Positions 1 through 8,988 of a stretch of DNA of 64,000 nt are shown here, piece after piece. A model generated the notes under the pieces. That model was not told the DNA's origin. It worked only from the letters and a program-made list of their open reading frames with translations, and made no database searches. The stretch spans positions 2,162,231-2,226,230 of the forward strand of contig CP058732.1 of assembly GCA_013414795.1 (NCBI GenBank), given 5' to 3'. This DNA is from Candidatus Kapaibacterium sp. (GTDB lineage Bacteria; Bacteroidota; Ignavibacteria; Kapaibacteriales; UBA2268). The stretch's first letter is position 1, and each line of letters begins with the position of its first letter. Made by a program: the position numbers and the translations under genes.

Positions 1-1830
1 TCTGGAATACAAAAGTTTATATTCTACGACATTGAAGAAGCTACTCGTGCAGCAAAGCAATTGAGAGGGCGTTCGTTCTATGTCAGATTGCTTGCCGACA
101 CAGTGGCAAATTATATCATTCGACAACTGGGTCTTTACGACGCCAATATTCTCTTTTGCAGCGGGGGACACTTCCTATTGCTTGTTCCTAACAACGAAGC
201 GAACATTTCTAAACTGAAAGAAATCGAAAAGAGAATCAATCTTTCTCTTTTGGAAAAATTTGGCGGAATCCTACAAGTAGTTTTAGCATACGATAGTTAT
301 ACGAAGGACTGGTTGGGGCAGAATTTCGATTTAATGTCAATCTTTTTGGATTATGAACTAAATACTGCTAAGACAAGAAAGTCCTTTTCGGTATTGAGTG
401 AAGTAATGAATTTTGAGATGGTAAGAGCCGAAGGCCTTGAGAAATTCGAAAAATTGTTCCAAGACATCGGCACCAATATTGTGAAAAGTGAATATTTATT
501 GGAAATAGTGCATCCTGGTGGAGACCCTCGTAATTTCGATGGGGAGGGAACTATTCGCTTTGATGAACTTGGAACTATCTATTGTTTCGTTTCAAAGGAT
601 TTGTTACTTGAAAAATTGAAAAAACTTGAAACTTTCGATTTTGAGTATTGCATTATACATAACTTAAGAAATACCGATTTAAACGAAATTTACCAAATTG
701 CTCAAAAATCACAAATTAGTTTCAAAGTTGCCTTTTCTTTTAAATATGTAGGTTCCTATGTCCCAACAGATAAAAAGCTAAATGATAAGCCTTTGACTTT
801 TGAAGAGCTAGCAAATTTGGATGATGAAATTGATGAGGAAAACAAATCAGATGAAAACTCTGATGGAAGTTACCCCTTACTTGGAGTTGCAAAAATGGAC
901 GTGGACAATTTGGGAAGGATATTAAGTGGTGGACTGAAAAAGCCAACACTTGATGGTAGTAAAGAAACTTTTTATTCTGTTTCTCGATTTGCTATGCTTT
1001 CCCGAGAATTGGATCGCTTCTTTTGTGGGCATATTAATAGTATCGCAGAAAAGCATCGAGTGTATCTTGTTTACGCTGGCGGCGACGACCTTTTCGCAGT
1101 GGGGAATTGGGCTAAAATTATTGATTTCGTACAATCAGTTCAAAAAGAATTCCAAAAATTTTGTTGTGGAAACGAAAACATAACTATATCCTGCGGTACA
1201 GTATTTGTGAAGCCGAACTATCCTGTCGCTCGTTTCGCCAAAGAAGCAAACGAACAATTGGAAAAAGCAAAAAGGACGTCACAGTTTAAGAATCAAATTT
1301 CAATTTTTTATCGCGAAGTCTCGTGGAGTAATTTCAACTTTTTACTAAATATTGGCAAACTACTTTACCAGACAGTTTCCGATAAAAATCTGAAAGATAA
1401 ATTGCCGAGAAGTTTTATTCATCAATTGCTTACACTCACTCAGCAGTGTTTAGACGAAAATGGGAATATAGTTGTCGACAAGGTTCACCAGGTTACATCT
1501 AAACTCCATTATGCATTTGCCCGAAGAGAGTTAGACAACACGATACTAAGCCAAAAAGCTTTAAATGATAAATTAAACATTCAAATTGTATTAAATCAAT
1601 TGGATGAGCAAAAGGAATTAAATAATGAAATTGAAGAATCATTCTTACGAATTTTCACGCGAAATTTTAATCGGCAGAAGGAAATAAATAATGAAATTAA
1701 AGAATCATTCATACGAATTTTTGCACGATATTTTATTATGTCTGAGCCGGAAATAAGAAAGTTCTGGTACAAGAATTTCCAAATACCAGCATCCTATGTG
1801 ATTTTGAAAACAAGAAAAGTAAATAAATAA
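1..1830 (+). CDS. cas10: Type III-A Cas10/Csm1, 5' end outside window
   Basis: Frame is open from base 1 (SGIQKFIF...LRGRSF, a Cas10 motif); MDVDNLG and intact YAGGDD Palm2 cyclase motif; followed by csm2-5. Confidence 0.96.
   Translation, partial: SGIQKFIFYDIEEATRAAKQLRGRSFYVRLLADTVANYIIRQLGLYDANILFCSGGHFLLLVPNNEANISKLKEIEKRINLSLLEKFGGILQVVLAYDSYTKDWLGQNFDLMSIFLDYELNTAKTRKSFSVLSEVMNFEMVRAEGLEKFEKLFQDIGTNIVKSEYLLEIVHPGGDPRNFDGEGTIRFDELGTIYCFVSKDLLLEKLKKLETFDFEYCIIHNLRNTDLNEIYQIAQKSQISFKVAFSFKYVGSYVPTDKKLNDKPLTFEELANLDDEIDEENKSDENSDGSYPLLGVAKMDVDNLGRILSGGLKKPTLDGSKETFYSVSRFAMLSRELDRFFCGHINSIAEKHRVYLVYAGGDDLFAVGNWAKIIDFVQSVQKEFQKFCCGNENITISCGTVFVKPNYPVARFAKEANEQLEKAKRTSQFKNQISIFYREVSWSNFNFLLNIGKLLYQTVSDKNLKDKLPRSFIHQLLTLTQQCLDENGNIVVDKVHQVTSKLHYAFARRELDNTILSQKALNDKLNIQIVLNQLDEQKELNNEIEESFLRIFTRNFNRQKEINNEIKESFIRIFARYFIMSEPEIRKFWYKNFQIPASYVILKTRKVNK
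1609..1740 (+). repeat. In-frame 66-bp tandem duplication near the cas10 3' end
   Basis: QKELNNEIEESFLRIFTRNFNR followed by QKEINNEIKESFIRIFARYFIM; DNA units 1609-1674 and 1675-1740. Confidence 0.85.
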
Positions 1831-1841
1831 AAGGAGGAATA

Positions 1842-2243
1842 ATGGAAACGAATCAAATCGAATTTAAAATCCGTGATCTAGCAGAAATTTCTGCCAGCGA
1901 AATCGATAATTGGGCCAACAGGAAAGGGAGTGAATATGCGCGCAGTATTAAAACCAATCAAATACGAAACGTATTTAGTCATATCAACTTAATTAAGACA
2001 AAATTTCGGAATAACAACAATACTTACAATGACGAAATCGAAACATCATTGGTTTTGTTGAAACCAAAACTTGCGTATGCAGCGGGCAGGCAAAATCAAA
2101 TCAAGTCTTTCCAAAGCTTTATGTTTGAAATTATCGATTCAGTGGTGCGTTCGAAACATCCCGAGAAAGCAATTGAAAATTTCTTTTACCTTGTAGAAGC
2201 AATAGTTGCATATCATAAATTTTATGGTGGAAAAGAAAGTTAA
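1842..2243 (+). CDS. csm2: Csm2 small subunit
   Basis: TNQIRN, LLKPKLAYAAGR and EAIVAYHK motifs; AGGAGG RBS. Confidence 0.95.
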   Translation: METNQIEFKIRDLAEISASEIDNWANRKGSEYARSIKTNQIRNVFSHINLIKTKFRNNNNTYNDEIETSLVLLKPKLAYAAGRQNQIKSFQSFMFEIIDSVVRSKHPEKAIENFFYLVEAIVAYHKFYGGKES

Positions 2244-2251
2244 AATAATAA

Positions 2252-3070
2252 ATGGGGTTTAAAATGGTAGAATTTGTTGGAAATATCATATTGAAAGGCA
2301 AAATTGAATGTGTAACGGGTTTGCACATAGGTGGTTCAAAAGAAAAATTTGAAATTGGTGGTGTTGATTCTCCAGTCATTCGTGACCCAGTAACACATTA
2401 TCCTTACATTCCTGGCTCTTCATTGAAAGGGAAATTACGTGCACTACTGACGTTCGAACTCGGGTTTGAAAAATTGGGGAATAACAGAATAAGAGAAAAT
2501 GAAATTATCTATAATATTTTTGGTGCTGGTGCCAACGATGCTGCAAGAAAAGATGGACCAACAAGATTGATAGTTCGTGATGCTTATCCCGATAAGTCTA
2601 CAATCCAGATGTGGGAAAATCTCGATTCAGAATTAATGTACACTGAATTCAAGGCTGAAAATTCCATTGATAGGCTTACCAGCCAGGCAAATCCTCGATT
2701 TCTCGAACGTGTTGTTAAAGGTTCGCATTTTAACGTTGAATTTGTGTATGGAGTATACAAAATCAAAGAAAATTCTTTTGACGAACTCGAACATTTTAAA
2801 TATTTCATCACTGCTTTACGGTTGTTGGAAAACTCATATCTTGGTGGAAGCGGGACACGTGGTTACGGAAAAGTTGGTTTTAAGTTCCTCGAACCAATAG
2901 TTCTATTTAAAGAGGATTACCAGAGCGGTAGCGAAAATTTTGTAAGGGCTTCGAAAGACCTCGATATCCTTATAAGTGAATTGTATCCAGATGGTTTCAA
3001 ACATCTTCGCCTTTCGGATTTTGATGATAACTTTATTGAGGAAAAGATAATAAGTAAGTTTAGAAAATGA
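2252..3070 (+). CDS. csm3: Csm3 (Cas7-like RAMP RNase)
   Basis: TGLHIGG, GGVDSPVIRD (catalytic Asp), PYIPGSSLKGK, LGGSGTRGYG. Confidence 0.96.
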   Translation: MGFKMVEFVGNIILKGKIECVTGLHIGGSKEKFEIGGVDSPVIRDPVTHYPYIPGSSLKGKLRALLTFELGFEKLGNNRIRENEIIYNIFGAGANDAARKDGPTRLIVRDAYPDKSTIQMWENLDSELMYTEFKAENSIDRLTSQANPRFLERVVKGSHFNVEFVYGVYKIKENSFDELEHFKYFITALRLLENSYLGGSGTRGYGKVGFKFLEPIVLFKEDYQSGSENFVRASKDLDILISELYPDGFKHLRLSDFDDNFIEEKIISKFRK

Positions 3071-4038
3071 AAGCAGTTTATATCTATCCAAAGTCTTCAT
3101 TTGCAACGGAACTTCGTTCCGATACCCTTTGGGGGTTAATTATAATGGCAATCGGTTACGTCTGGTCCGAACAGAAACTAATTGAAATAATAAATAGTTT
3201 CCTTTATGGAGAAACGCCTTTCGTCCTTTCTTCGGCTTTTCCATTTCGAAAGAATAGCGAAGGAGAAATTCAACATTATTTACCAAGACCCTTTTTAAAA
3301 CCAATGTTAAATATTAAAGACGATGAAATAATAGACAAACGAAAAAAAACGAAGTCGATAAAATTTGTTATTAAGCCAATCTTTGAAAAAATCATCAATG
3401 GGGAAGTGGACGAAAAAGAATTAATCGATTTTCTTTATAACAATTTAGATAATTTAGATTTTGCTATTGATCCGATAAAAGTTTCAAATCTCCATACTAC
3501 CATTGATCCGATGACGGGAACAACTCTTGAACTTGAGGGACGGGGTCAGTTATTTTTTACTTATGAGTTCTTTTTTCATAAAAATTATGAGGGCTTGTTT
3601 TTCCTTATTGATGGTGATGATCTTTCTTTTATCGATCCAGCATTGAGATTCTTAACACATTTTGGGATTGGGGCTGACCACTCAATTGGAAAAGGGCATT
3701 TTGATTTTGAAATAAAGGACTTTTCGTTTCGATTGCCGGAAAATCCAAATTCGTTCGTTACTTTGTCTCTTTACACCCCAACGGAAGACGAGTTGAACAC
3801 GTTTATCCAAAACAAAGGTAATCTTTATTATGAATTAGTCCAAAGAAAAGGGATTATTGGTAGCCAATTTAAGAAAAAAGCGTTCGAAAAGAAACCGTTC
3901 TTTGCTTTTTCCGAAGGCTCTCGTTTTCCGGCTGTTGTTCCTAAGAAGTACTTGGGGAGAATCATAAAAACTATGGACGAACCCCCCGCTTTTTCATATT
4001 CTTTTGCTTTTCCTATTCCAGCAAGATTTAAGGAGTAA
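3067..4038 (+). CDS. csm4: Csm4 (Cas5-like RAMP)
   Basis: SDTLWG, LSSAFP, GIGADHSIGKG, EGS motifs; position after csm3. Confidence 0.93.
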   Translation: MKAVYIYPKSSFATELRSDTLWGLIIMAIGYVWSEQKLIEIINSFLYGETPFVLSSAFPFRKNSEGEIQHYLPRPFLKPMLNIKDDEIIDKRKKTKSIKFVIKPIFEKIINGEVDEKELIDFLYNNLDNLDFAIDPIKVSNLHTTIDPMTGTTLELEGRGQLFFTYEFFFHKNYEGLFFLIDGDDLSFIDPALRFLTHFGIGADHSIGKGHFDFEIKDFSFRLPENPNSFVTLSLYTPTEDELNTFIQNKGNLYYELVQRKGIIGSQFKKKAFEKKPFFAFSEGSRFPAVVPKKYLGRIIKTMDEPPAFSYSFAFPIPARFKE

Positions 4039-4041
4039 ACT

Positions 4042-5715
4042 ATGGCTGTCTCCTTTTGGTTAAAGACAATCACACCTATTCACATTGGTTCTGGAAAAGA
4101 AATTGCACCCGAAGAGTATTTTTACCACAATGGAAAATCGTTTAGAATCGACTTGGAACAATGCTTTAAGTTCTTAGGCGAAAAAGTTGGTTTTCAAACT
4201 TTAAAAGATAGGCTCCAAGATTGGTCTGAATATATTATCCAAAATACTCAAATGACTCTTGAAACCCGAGCAAGAGAAAAGTACCAACTTTCTATTTTCG
4301 ATTTCGTAACCAATTTCCTAAAAGATTCCTCATTGAAAAAAGTATTGGAAAGTGAAATTATAAACAACGAGCGGTTCCATCTTTACTTTCTCGAAAGTCC
4401 AGAAAAGCCCAGAACAAATGTCATCGAAATAGCCAAACTTCCCGATAACTCTGCTTATATTCCCGGATCTTCTATTAAAGGTGTGATTCGAACTGCTTTG
4501 CTTTTCATTTCCATTTTGGAGCAACCGAATTTTAATTTCAATAGATTTATTCCACAAGGTTCAGAAAAAATTAAGCCAAAAGAACTTGACGACAGGCTTT
4601 ACGAGGAATTTTTTTATTGTCGTTTCGAAGACCAAAGGCATTTTGATGCAAAATACGACCTTTTGAAATTTATTGGAGTTAGAGACTGTTACATTGTAGA
4701 AAGTAATGCCTCCAATCCTTTCGAGTTAATGAAAGTAGATTTGTTTCTGCGAAATGGAAAGACTCAACCACAAACTCCAACAGTAGAGTTAATCAAAGAA
4801 AATGTTGTTTTCAAAGGGGAAATTTTTGTCGATTTAAAGGCAATGAAACAAATTGCCAAAATGCTTCGTCCAGACGATTCAATAATTGATGAAAGAGGAA
4901 AAAAGGTCTGGATTGGCTTTGGAAGAAAATTTCAAAGGTTGTTCCAAATCGATATCCAATCGCTCTTGGATGATGGTAAAGAAGAAGAAATCGAGGGAAG
5001 AATCATCGAAAGAATTTTCATTGCTCTTAGTCTCTTCGCCAAAGCAGTTCATAATTCAGACCTTAGTTGGCTGGAAGACTTTTCTAAATCGAAAAAACCA
5101 GATACTTCGGTTCTTATTAACGGGCTTAAGTCCTTCTATCAAAATCGGTTAAATCCAATACCCAACAAATTCAAAATTGGATGGGCAAGTGGTTTCACCG
5201 CAACTACTGTATTTCTTGCTCTGCTTAACAAACCCGATATACAAAATGATTTAAAAGAAATTTATAAAAAATACATTCATAGGCGGGGGAAGAATATCCC
5301 AATGGAGCAATTCCCAATCTCCCGTCGGATGGCTATGGACAACAACTTGCAACCACTTCCACTCGGTTGGGTCGAATTTTCTTTATCTGAACTGATTAAA
5401 ACCCAGGAGACACATCCAACCGAGCCATCTGAGGAAGTTGAAACTAACCCGGAGGAAACCAAGCCTCAATTTCCAATCGAAATGAAGATTTTCAAAGGAA
5501 CAACCAATATCCCAGCAAAAGTGGTAAGCAATACTTCCAAGCCCTTCAAAGTTGAACTCTTGGTAAAAGGTTACGAAGATAAAATTTACAATTGTAGTGG
5601 CGTTGATAATCTTGCTTCTATTCCTCCTGGAACACTTATTTACACAATGGTAACCGACTTCGATACCAAGAAAAACGAAATCCGTATGTTGAAATTTATT
5701 AAGCAGATTAGTTAA
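4042..5715 (+). CDS. csm5: Csm5 RAMP with about 100-aa C-terminal extension
   Basis: TPIHIGSG, YIPGSSIKGVIRTA, IGWASG, PLGWV; then an acidic/Pro linker and a beta-rich tail. Confidence 0.9.
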   Translation: MAVSFWLKTITPIHIGSGKEIAPEEYFYHNGKSFRIDLEQCFKFLGEKVGFQTLKDRLQDWSEYIIQNTQMTLETRAREKYQLSIFDFVTNFLKDSSLKKVLESEIINNERFHLYFLESPEKPRTNVIEIAKLPDNSAYIPGSSIKGVIRTALLFISILEQPNFNFNRFIPQGSEKIKPKELDDRLYEEFFYCRFEDQRHFDAKYDLLKFIGVRDCYIVESNASNPFELMKVDLFLRNGKTQPQTPTVELIKENVVFKGEIFVDLKAMKQIAKMLRPDDSIIDERGKKVWIGFGRKFQRLFQIDIQSLLDDGKEEEIEGRIIERIFIALSLFAKAVHNSDLSWLEDFSKSKKPDTSVLINGLKSFYQNRLNPIPNKFKIGWASGFTATTVFLALLNKPDIQNDLKEIYKKYIHRRGKNIPMEQFPISRRMAMDNNLQPLPLGWVEFSLSELIKTQETHPTEPSEEVETNPEETKPQFPIEMKIFKGTTNIPAKVVSNTSKPFKVELLVKGYEDKIYNCSGVDNLASIPPGTLIYTMVTDFDTKKNEIRMLKFIKQIS

Positions 5716-5718
5716 AAT

Positions 5719-6615
5719 ATGCAAAATCTAAAATTAAGTCTTATACAAACCCCAGAAAATTTCCAGATTTTAGACATTCTGTTAGAAAATAATGGCATCA
5801 TCTCTCCTTTGGAACTAAACACGGTCGAAATTCCAAGCGAAATTGATTGGTCGAAAGGTGTGGTTATCGCTGGACGAGCACCGATTTGGCTTTATACATA
5901 TCTTGTCCATCAATGCCATCCCTCCGCTTGGGTTGCTATTTACGACCCACGCTGGGGAGCAATTGTAATCCAAACACACAAAATCGGTGCCCCATCTGTC
6001 GGCGAAATTATCCAACCGAGCGCCATCCTAAAATACTATAAATTGCCAGATTTAAACAAAAAAATCATCGCCTTTTTGGGAAATCCACACACTGGCAAAT
6101 CTGTCTTTTTAAAAGTGCTTCGCAACACGCTGCGAAAAACACTTCCCGACGAAGTTTTCCATCGTGGCTTATTTGTTATTAAGGCTTGCCCCGACGGCGA
6201 AGGCGACTGGTTCGGCGAACTTCCCGAAGACCAGGGTAAAATCTATCGCTACAAAAACCGTTTCGATGACGATTTCATCCGTAAAGTTGTCTCCAATATC
6301 GAGTTGATGAAAAATGAAAAATCCATTCTTTTAATTGACTGTGGTGGAAAAATTGATAAGTACAATCAAGAAATTCTCAATAAATGTACTCACTCTATAA
6401 TTCTTGGTACTGATGACCTTTCAATTGCTGAATGGCGGGGTGCTTCGAAACTTGCTGGCGTTGATATTCTGGCGGAGGTAATTTCTTCAAAAAAAGATGT
6501 ATCAAAGGTTCTGAACACTCAACCCTTGCTCGTTGAATACGGTTTTCTGGACAGAAACAAAAAGGACTTCTTACCAATACCCGATGAGTTAATTGACAAA
6601 ATTATAAATAAATAA
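5719..6615 (+). CDS. csx3: Csx3/Crn3 ring nuclease fused to a P-loop NTPase domain
   Basis: N-terminal GVVIAGRAPIWLY..LVH..H....AIYDPR.GAIVIQTH (Csx3 signature); Walker A GNPHTGKS, PDGEGDW, LLIDCGGK. Confidence 0.88.
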   Translation: MQNLKLSLIQTPENFQILDILLENNGIISPLELNTVEIPSEIDWSKGVVIAGRAPIWLYTYLVHQCHPSAWVAIYDPRWGAIVIQTHKIGAPSVGEIIQPSAILKYYKLPDLNKKIIAFLGNPHTGKSVFLKVLRNTLRKTLPDEVFHRGLFVIKACPDGEGDWFGELPEDQGKIYRYKNRFDDDFIRKVVSNIELMKNEKSILLIDCGGKIDKYNQEILNKCTHSIILGTDDLSIAEWRGASKLAGVDILAEVISSKKDVSKVLNTQPLLVEYGFLDRNKKDFLPIPDELIDKIINK

Positions 6616-6616
6616 A

Positions 6617-7813
6617 ATGGGCATTGGTATTACTTTCCTTGGTACTGGTAACTACCAAAAGGTAGTATATAGTTACAATAACACAACGGTCGAAACTGAA
6701 TACTTTCCTTTTGCGTTTTGTAAATTCTTTAATTTAGATGAAATTTACATTGTACTAACCGAAGAATCTAAACAAAAGCATTTTGGGTCTATTGAAAAAC
6801 TTTTTCAATGCTGTGACAATCCCCCAAACCTTCGCCAGGTTTCCATTCCTCGAGGTCAAAATCAAGATGAACTATGGACAATTTTCGATATCCTTTCAAA
6901 CTCGCTCCCAGAAAAAGCCTCGATTTATTTCGACATCACTCACGCTTTTCGCTCTATTCCATTTATGATTTTTGCTGTTTGTAATTTTTTGACTGTGGTG
7001 AAAAATGTGAAAATCGAAAAAGTTGTCTACGGTGCTTACGAATCAAAAATTAACAATGTGGCTCCCGTTTTCGATTTGACCCCCTTCCTCGAGTTAATTA
7101 ATATGAGCACTGCTGTAAATGAATTCCTTCGCTTTGGCAATTCTTTGTCCCTTAAATCTATTTTGAAAAAAATCCACTCCGAGTCGTATAAATTCAACTT
7201 GCCCGAAAAACCAAAATCCCTTACTCCTTTTGCAGATACTCTTGCGAATCTTACCAATGCACTTTCGATTGCCAGAGTAGAAGAAGCAATCCGTCATTCA
7301 AACAAACTTGCACAAAAAATCCAGAATTTCACCCAAGAAATTACACACTTTAACCAAACAAAACCCTTCTCCTTTTTGTTGAACAAAATACAAGACCGCT
7401 TTTCAAATACCGCTCTCAATTTCCAGAGTATTTTTTCCAGGGATGGTTTTAAAGTCCAGTTAAAATTGCTCGACTACTACATTGAAACTGAACAATATTT
7501 TCCCGCTATAACTCTTGCCCGTGAAATTGTTGTTTCTTTCATTGCTTGTAGAAATGGTCTTAATCCAAAAAAAAGAGACCACAGAGCGGAAGTCGAGCAA
7601 CAACTTGGAAAATTGGCGAAAGACTTTGAAAACCAACAAAACCTTAATAAGTATGAAAATGATTTGGGCAGACTTTGGTCTATCGTTTCGACGACTCGAA
7701 ATGATATAAATCACGCTGGAATGAACGAAAATCCAATGGATACAGCCAAAGCAATTAACAATATCAACAAAGTTTGCTTACTCGTTAAAGACTTTATTTC
7801 AAAGTACGATTGA
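6617..7813 (+). CDS. csx1: CARF-HEPN effector (Csx1/TM1812-like), probable cOA-activated RNase
   Basis: FLGTGNY, DITHAFRSIP (DxTHG-like), YGAYE; C-terminal HEPN RNDINH. Confidence 0.88.
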   Translation: MGIGITFLGTGNYQKVVYSYNNTTVETEYFPFAFCKFFNLDEIYIVLTEESKQKHFGSIEKLFQCCDNPPNLRQVSIPRGQNQDELWTIFDILSNSLPEKASIYFDITHAFRSIPFMIFAVCNFLTVVKNVKIEKVVYGAYESKINNVAPVFDLTPFLELINMSTAVNEFLRFGNSLSLKSILKKIHSESYKFNLPEKPKSLTPFADTLANLTNALSIARVEEAIRHSNKLAQKIQNFTQEITHFNQTKPFSFLLNKIQDRFSNTALNFQSIFSRDGFKVQLKLLDYYIETEQYFPAITLAREIVVSFIACRNGLNPKKRDHRAEVEQQLGKLAKDFENQQNLNKYENDLGRLWSIVSTTRNDINHAGMNENPMDTAKAINNINKVCLLVKDFISKYD

Positions 7814-8603
7814 CTACCTCCAACATTCCAAATCCCAACCCATTCTTCTTTCCAATACCACACTCATAGGCTACTTTTTGCATTTCCACATCAGCAGTAA
7901 TTTTTATTGGGCACATAAATCCTTTCACCCTTGTTTCCCTTTCGCTTCCCTCGGCTATTGTTACCATTTTGCTGACCCCCTCTGCTCCGCCTTTGCTTCG
8001 AATGTATTCCCTATCCAATTCAATTCTCAACTCGCCATTGTATGTTGATTTATTTACAATTTCATATTTCTTCAAAAGATTATTTGCCAAAGCCTCCTCA
8101 ATTCCTTCCTCGTCGACTCGGTAAAAATGTTCATAGACTTTCCCGTTAAGTTCCTTCATAGTCGATGTAACTGTTGGCGAAAGCATAATGTAATCCATTT
8201 CCCTCACAAATTTCGGGTCTTCAATATGTTCAATGTTTTGCACTCGAAATTCGCTACTCACCGACCGATTGGCAATAATAATTCTACTTCGCTTGAAAAT
8301 TCCGATGATTAAATTTTCTACAATTTCGGTTTTGAAGGGAGACGAGAAAAGAAACCAGCAGTTCCTGGTTCCTTTTATAATTTCCCTTTCTTGTTTGAAA
8401 TCGTGCACAAATAGTCGAGAAAAAGTAAACAACTTCAAGCGTTTTCCATCCCGAGCAACAAAGCCTTGGTCGTGCAACCAACTTGCAAATTCGGGGGAAC
8501 TTTCGTAGAAAATCTTGTACAAAGCAGAACTCAAAGCATAATTATAATTGATTGGGATTTGAAAATCCTTTTTGGTAGATTTCAACAAAATTTTCAATCT
8601 CAC
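7794..8603 (-). CDS. cas6: Cas6 crRNA-processing endoribonuclease
   Basis: LHDQG..K.FTFS and C-terminal GIGKKNGLGFG Gly-rich loop; GTG start. Confidence 0.95.
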   Translation of the reverse strand: MRLKILLKSTKKDFQIPINYNYALSSALYKIFYESSPEFASWLHDQGFVARDGKRLKLFTFSRLFVHDFKQEREIIKGTRNCWFLFSSPFKTEIVENLIIGIFKRSRIIIANRSVSSEFRVQNIEHIEDPKFVREMDYIMLSPTVTSTMKELNGKVYEHFYRVDEEGIEEALANNLLKKYEIVNKSTYNGELRIELDREYIRSKGGAEGVSKMVTIAEGSERETRVKGFMCPIKITADVEMQKVAYECGIGKKNGLGFGMLEVVNRTLK

Positions 8604-8988
8604 AAACGTTCTCCAAATATTAAAATCAAAATTAACACAACGAAAACAAAAAAAAGCAAAAATTTGAAATTCATCGTTTTCAACTAAGTGTTTAATATTT
8701 AATGAATTGAAAAAATTTTTCTCGAAAAAATAGTCTCGAGATGGGGAGAAATTTTGGTAAAAATTGCCGATTTAGGCAGGACTAAAAAATGAATATATTG
8801 AAAATCAAGGACTTAACTTGTCTCGAGATGAATTTTAAAAAAAATTTGCATAATTGAAAAAAAAGTAATAATTTAGAAATGTTTTTAAGGGGAAATCCAA
8901 AAGTTCTTTGACAAGTGGAGACTTTTTATAACAAAAAACGGGGAAAAATAGAGCCAAAACCCGCATAGAATCGAAGTCGAGTTTACTG
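8604..8988 (+). promoter_or_regulatory. CRISPR leader and divergent cas6 promoter region
   Basis: AT-rich non-coding region next to the first perfect repeat; two GTCTCGAGATG copies (8733, 8820); IHF-consensus AATCAAGGACTTA (8803-8815); possible TTGCAT-17-TAATTT promoter (8846-8874). Confidence 0.75.

Noticed and set aside
1665-1674. TTTTAATCGG, identical to repeat positions 2-11, at the junction of the 66-bp cas10 duplication, whose period resembles a repeat+spacer unit
   Set aside because: Only 10 AT-rich nt, noticed after the fact; the rest of the repeat is absent and the second copy lacks it.
8908-8932. TTGACA...TATAAC as the array promoter
   Set aside because: Spacing is 13 bp, too short for sigma70.
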